64,000 bases of DNA, taken from the UHGV virus genome UHGV-1370948; one strand, written 5' to 3'. Below the pieces are notes generated by a model. That model was not told the origin of the DNA, did no database searches, and saw only the letters and a list, made by a program, of their open reading frames with translations. The stretch comes from a virus. The translations under genes and the position numbers were made by a program. Within the stretch, counting starts at the first letter, position 1, and the number at the start of each line of letters is the position of its first letter. Shown piece after piece: positions 61,468 through 64,000 of the stretch.

Positions 61468-62037
61468 ATGGCGAAAAAACCAACAAAACAAAAAGGCATC
61501 AAATACAACCGGCAGAAACATATCTCTGACAAAAACATGGCGACAAAATTTGACCCGCGTTTGAAAGAGGTTGTTCTGTATACGGACGGATCATGCCTGA
61601 AGAACCCAGGCGGTGCTGGTGGAGTTGCGGCCATCGTTCGTTTTGGCGAACACTATAAAACAGTTCAAGAAGGTTTTCGCTCCACAACCAATAACCGCAT
61701 GGAAATGCTCGCTGCGATCCGAGGGTTGGATCTACTTAATCAAAAATGCAACGTGACGATCTACACGGATAGCCAGTACCTAATTAATGGCATTTCGCTG
61801 TGGATTAAAGGTTGGAAAAAGCGCGGCTGGAAGCTGGCGAACGGTGAGCGGGTTAAAAATGTGGATCTCTGGCAGGAGCTGGATGCTGCGGTATCCGGTC
61901 ATCGTGTCCGTTGGTGTTGGGTTAAAGGTCATGATGGAAACCCAGACAATGAGCTGTGCGACATGATGGCGCGATCGGCTGCTGAATCGCCAACGATGGT
62001 TGATCGTATTTACGAATCTATTTGTGCCTATAATTAA
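61468..62037 (+). CDS. rnhA: ribonuclease HI
   Basis: LYTDGSCLKNPGGAGG, TTNNRMEMLAAI, WVKGHDGNPDNELCDMMAR collinear with E. coli RNase HI; basic N-terminal extension. Confidence 0.8.
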   Translation: MAKKPTKQKGIKYNRQKHISDKNMATKFDPRLKEVVLYTDGSCLKNPGGAGGVAAIVRFGEHYKTVQEGFRSTTNNRMEMLAAIRGLDLLNQKCNVTIYTDSQYLINGISLWIKGWKKRGWKLANGERVKNVDLWQELDAAVSGHRVRWCWVKGHDGNPDNELCDMMARSAAESPTMVDRIYESICAYN

Positions 62038-62187
62038 TAAGTAAGTGTTTACTTATTCGCTGGCGTGTTGTATCTTTGGTCTGCAAGGATGATAGCGCGG
62101 TTAGCGCTTGTCTCATGGAAGAGACGACCTGTAAGCGGCTGAGTTTTCTCAGCCGCAACTATTTTAAGGCTCCTGTTAAGAGGCTTT

Positions 62188-62682
62188 ATGATTAATTACC
62201 TCTCCGATCTTCTTCGAAATAAGCGGTTTGAGCGAAATGTCATCTCAAATCTAAACTTCCTCGAAAGTCGTATCCAAAACCTCAATGAGCGAATCCGAGT
62301 GCTTGAAAGCACCGTAGTGTCACAAGCCAACACGATCACCTCTCTCACGAAGAGCAGTGATTCGACGCCGCGCCCCGACCCGTTCCCTGATAAAAACTTT
62401 GCCCATGGAAAATTACCAAAGAAAAAGACTACAGCCGCTGGCGCTTCTGGTTATCGGGCTGACTCTGTCACCTCTCGGCATCGCGCCAGTTACGCAGATG
62501 ATGCAGCCGGCGCTCAGCAATTCACGGAAAACAGAAGCCAAGTCCACGAGGACAGCGCATCTGTCTCCAGACATCACGGCTCATCCCACCACCACGACTC
62601 CAGTTCCTGCTACAGCAGCCACGGGGACGTTGGAGGGTATGACTCTGGATGCTCCGATTCGTCGTCCGGGTCTTTTGACTGA
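62188..62682 (+). CDS. hypothetical protein with Ser/His-rich disordered C-terminus
   Basis: 164-aa ORF. Confidence 0.35.
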   Translation: MINYLSDLLRNKRFERNVISNLNFLESRIQNLNERIRVLESTVVSQANTITSLTKSSDSTPRPDPFPDKNFAHGKLPKKKTTAAGASGYRADSVTSRHRASYADDAAGAQQFTENRSQVHEDSASVSRHHGSSHHHDSSSCYSSHGDVGGYDSGCSDSSSGSFD

Positions 62683-62750
62683 GTCATTAGCCTGATATTT
62701 AAACCTAAAAAACAAATTGTTTAACAGCATAAGAAAACAAAGGAAATCAC

Positions 62751-63176
62751 ATGTTTGGTATGTTTAAAAAGAAAGTCCGCAAAGCAGCCGTTGAAGTTAA
62801 GAAAATGGAGAACCGCGATGCTGTAGAAGCAACCGTATGGGGCGCTTATGCGATCGCCTATGCGGATGGCTCATGCGACGCGAAAGAGATCAGCGTTCTG
62901 GAAAAAACCATCTCCGCTCTGCCCTCTTTCTCCCCGTTTGCTGGCGAGATTGCCCAGATGAGCGCCAATATTCGCTCTCGCTACGAAGCATCCCCTCGCT
63001 CCGCAAACGCTGAAGCCATGCGCCAGCTGGCCGACGTTGCCGGTACAACCGATGCGGTCGACGTTTTATGTCTGTGCCTGGATATCGCTGATAACGACGG
63101 CATCGATGAGAAAGAAGAGGTGATGCTGAAGAAGATCGCTCAGGCGTTGCAGTTGTCGCTGGATCAGTATCTGTGA
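62751..63176 (+). CDS. TerB-like domain protein
   Basis: Two ADG..d..E..l..ia helical repeats typical of TerB fold; consensus TIR. Confidence 0.35.
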   Translation: MFGMFKKKVRKAAVEVKKMENRDAVEATVWGAYAIAYADGSCDAKEISVLEKTISALPSFSPFAGEIAQMSANIRSRYEASPRSANAEAMRQLADVAGTTDAVDVLCLCLDIADNDGIDEKEEVMLKKIAQALQLSLDQYL

Positions 63177-63331
63177 TGGCTCGCGTCAGCATTGCGCTGG
63201 CGCTGCTGGTTTTGTCTGTGCTGGTGGATTTCACCAGCCGGATTCTGTCAGTGGCCGCGGACGGTGTTTTGGTCATAACAGGCATAACTCTATTACTGCC
63301 TGCTCTGATTAAAGGTGCCAAGACAAAGTAA
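63176..63331 (+). CDS. small membrane protein (51 aa) not in ORF track
   Basis: MARVSIALALLVLSVLVDF..VLVITGITLLLPALIKGAKTK; ATG overlaps previous stop. Confidence 0.3.
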   Translation: MARVSIALALLVLSVLVDFTSRILSVAADGVLVITGITLLLPALIKGAKTK

Positions 63332-63351
63332 GGAGCTTCGGCTCCTTTTTT
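63331..63351 (+). terminator. rho-independent terminator
   Basis: aggagc-ttcg-gctcct + TTTTTT. Confidence 0.7.
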
Positions 63352-63471
63352 ATCGAACTGTGAAATTTCCGTAGTTTGTTTTTTCGCCCTGCTCTGCTGA
63401 GCGAGAATGTACGCTTCAATTATTAAAGAGTGAAAACGTTGGAAGACTTAACTCCTGCAGAACCTAAATCC

Positions 63472-64000
63472 ATGAAGTCAGTTGGATATATTTACGTCAT
63501 TGAAGATGTTCAAAGAGGGCTAGTAAAGATTGGGAAGAGCGTCGATCCAGTCGCCCGGATATCCAATATTGTCAACATCAGCGGAATTACCAAGATAAAA
63601 CAATTCATATCACACCGTATCGCTGGCTATAGCCAGGTAGAGCATCGAATGCATGTCATCTTTACAGACCATCGGGTACGAGGTGAATGGTTTCGCTGTG
63701 ACTTCGAGGAGGCTAAATCAGCCCTGATTTCTATCCTCCCCGCAGAGATAACCGAAGAGGAGGTTGTCGAGACGAGAAAGCGAGACATGGAGCGTTCCGC
63801 ATCGGCCTTAGAGACTATGCGTGAAAAGTTTTCAGGCTCATCAACCGATATACGGCGAACTCCAATGGACTGGACGCTCGAATTTTTGTCGTCAGCCCAT
63901 CAATTCGTTTTAGCTCAGCAAAAGCTTTATGGCGATGTGAGAGCGCTGGGCCGGCTTGGGGTCGTTTACGAGGGCTATCTCGAGTTATTTGCGGCCCTAG
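63472..64000 (+). CDS. T5orf172/GIY-YIG-like domain protein (partial, runs off window end)
   Basis: GYIYVIEDVQRGLVKIGKSVDPVARI..EWFRCD pattern; open to end of window. Confidence 0.45.
   Translation, partial: MKSVGYIYVIEDVQRGLVKIGKSVDPVARISNIVNISGITKIKQFISHRIAGYSQVEHRMHVIFTDHRVRGEWFRCDFEEAKSALISILPAEITEEEVVETRKRDMERSASALETMREKFSGSSTDIRRTPMDWTLEFLSSAHQFVLAQQKLYGDVRALGRLGVVYEGYLELFAAL

Noticed and set aside
60933-61634. Minus-strand ORFs (89, 62, 72 aa) in the ORF-free region upstream of RNase H
   Set aside because: They have no RBS, low-complexity composition, and overlap the hairpin-rich region. A non-coding interpretation is favoured.
60966-62037. Retron (msr/msd + RT) hypothesis for the structured region before the RNase H gene
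   Set aside because: No reverse transcriptase ORF is present. The downstream gene is a plain RNase HI with a short basic N-terminal extension.

Overview
This 64-kb window is a contiguous piece of a large, virulent-type dsDNA phage genome. Almost every gene is on the + strand. In order, it contains:

- The end of a tail-fibre gene, then a tail fibre carrying a C-terminal intramolecular-chaperone (S74-like) domain.
- A lysis cassette consisting of a small membrane protein, an unknown protein, and an overlapping Rz/Rz1-type spanin pair.
- A ParA/RHH partition pair.
- A replication block with a DnaB-like helicase, a Zn-finger/TOPRIM primase and an ATP-dependent ligase.
- A roughly 1.2-kb ORF-free tRNA-like region next to an HNH/AP2 homing endonuclease.
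- PhoH and a glutaredoxin.
- An accessory island of about 10 kb. It carries an orphan Phd/YefM-like antitoxin, a complete type IC hsdM-hsdS-hsdR system whose hsdS has TAEL tandem repeats, a HigB-like toxin, a tyrosine integrase behind a near-consensus LexA box, and an XRE-type regulator.
- A CobT-like vWA and CobS-like AAA+ pair.
- A DnaE-type (Pol III alpha) polymerase split into two ORFs, a gp32-like SSB, a 5'-3' flap exonuclease and a RecA homologue.
- A P1-type theta replicon. RepA sits on the minus strand, with nine iterons downstream and five upstream, a cluster of six GATC sites and a DnaA box.
- Mre11/Rad50 (SbcCD-like), a RuvC-like resolvase, class Ia NrdA/NrdB, ThyA, a HAD nucleotidase, DHFR, a P-loop kinase and a DnaQ-like exonuclease.
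- An AT-rich moron encoding a secreted protein and a Sel1-repeat membrane protein.
- A phage Dam methylase, RNase HI, a TerB-like protein and a partial T5orf172 (GIY-YIG-like) gene.

Three sequence motifs recur across the window. The first is a palindrome, GATAAGTAA-N3-TTTACTTATC, found at about 19 intergenic sites. The second is a different palindrome, AAAACAAGTTGTTTT, found at 5 sites. The third is a near-identical translation-initiation string, AAAGGAAAACACATG, at about 17 gene starts.

The partition module, the P1-like iteron replicon, the phage Dam and the SOS-controlled integrase together suggest a phage-plasmid lifestyle.
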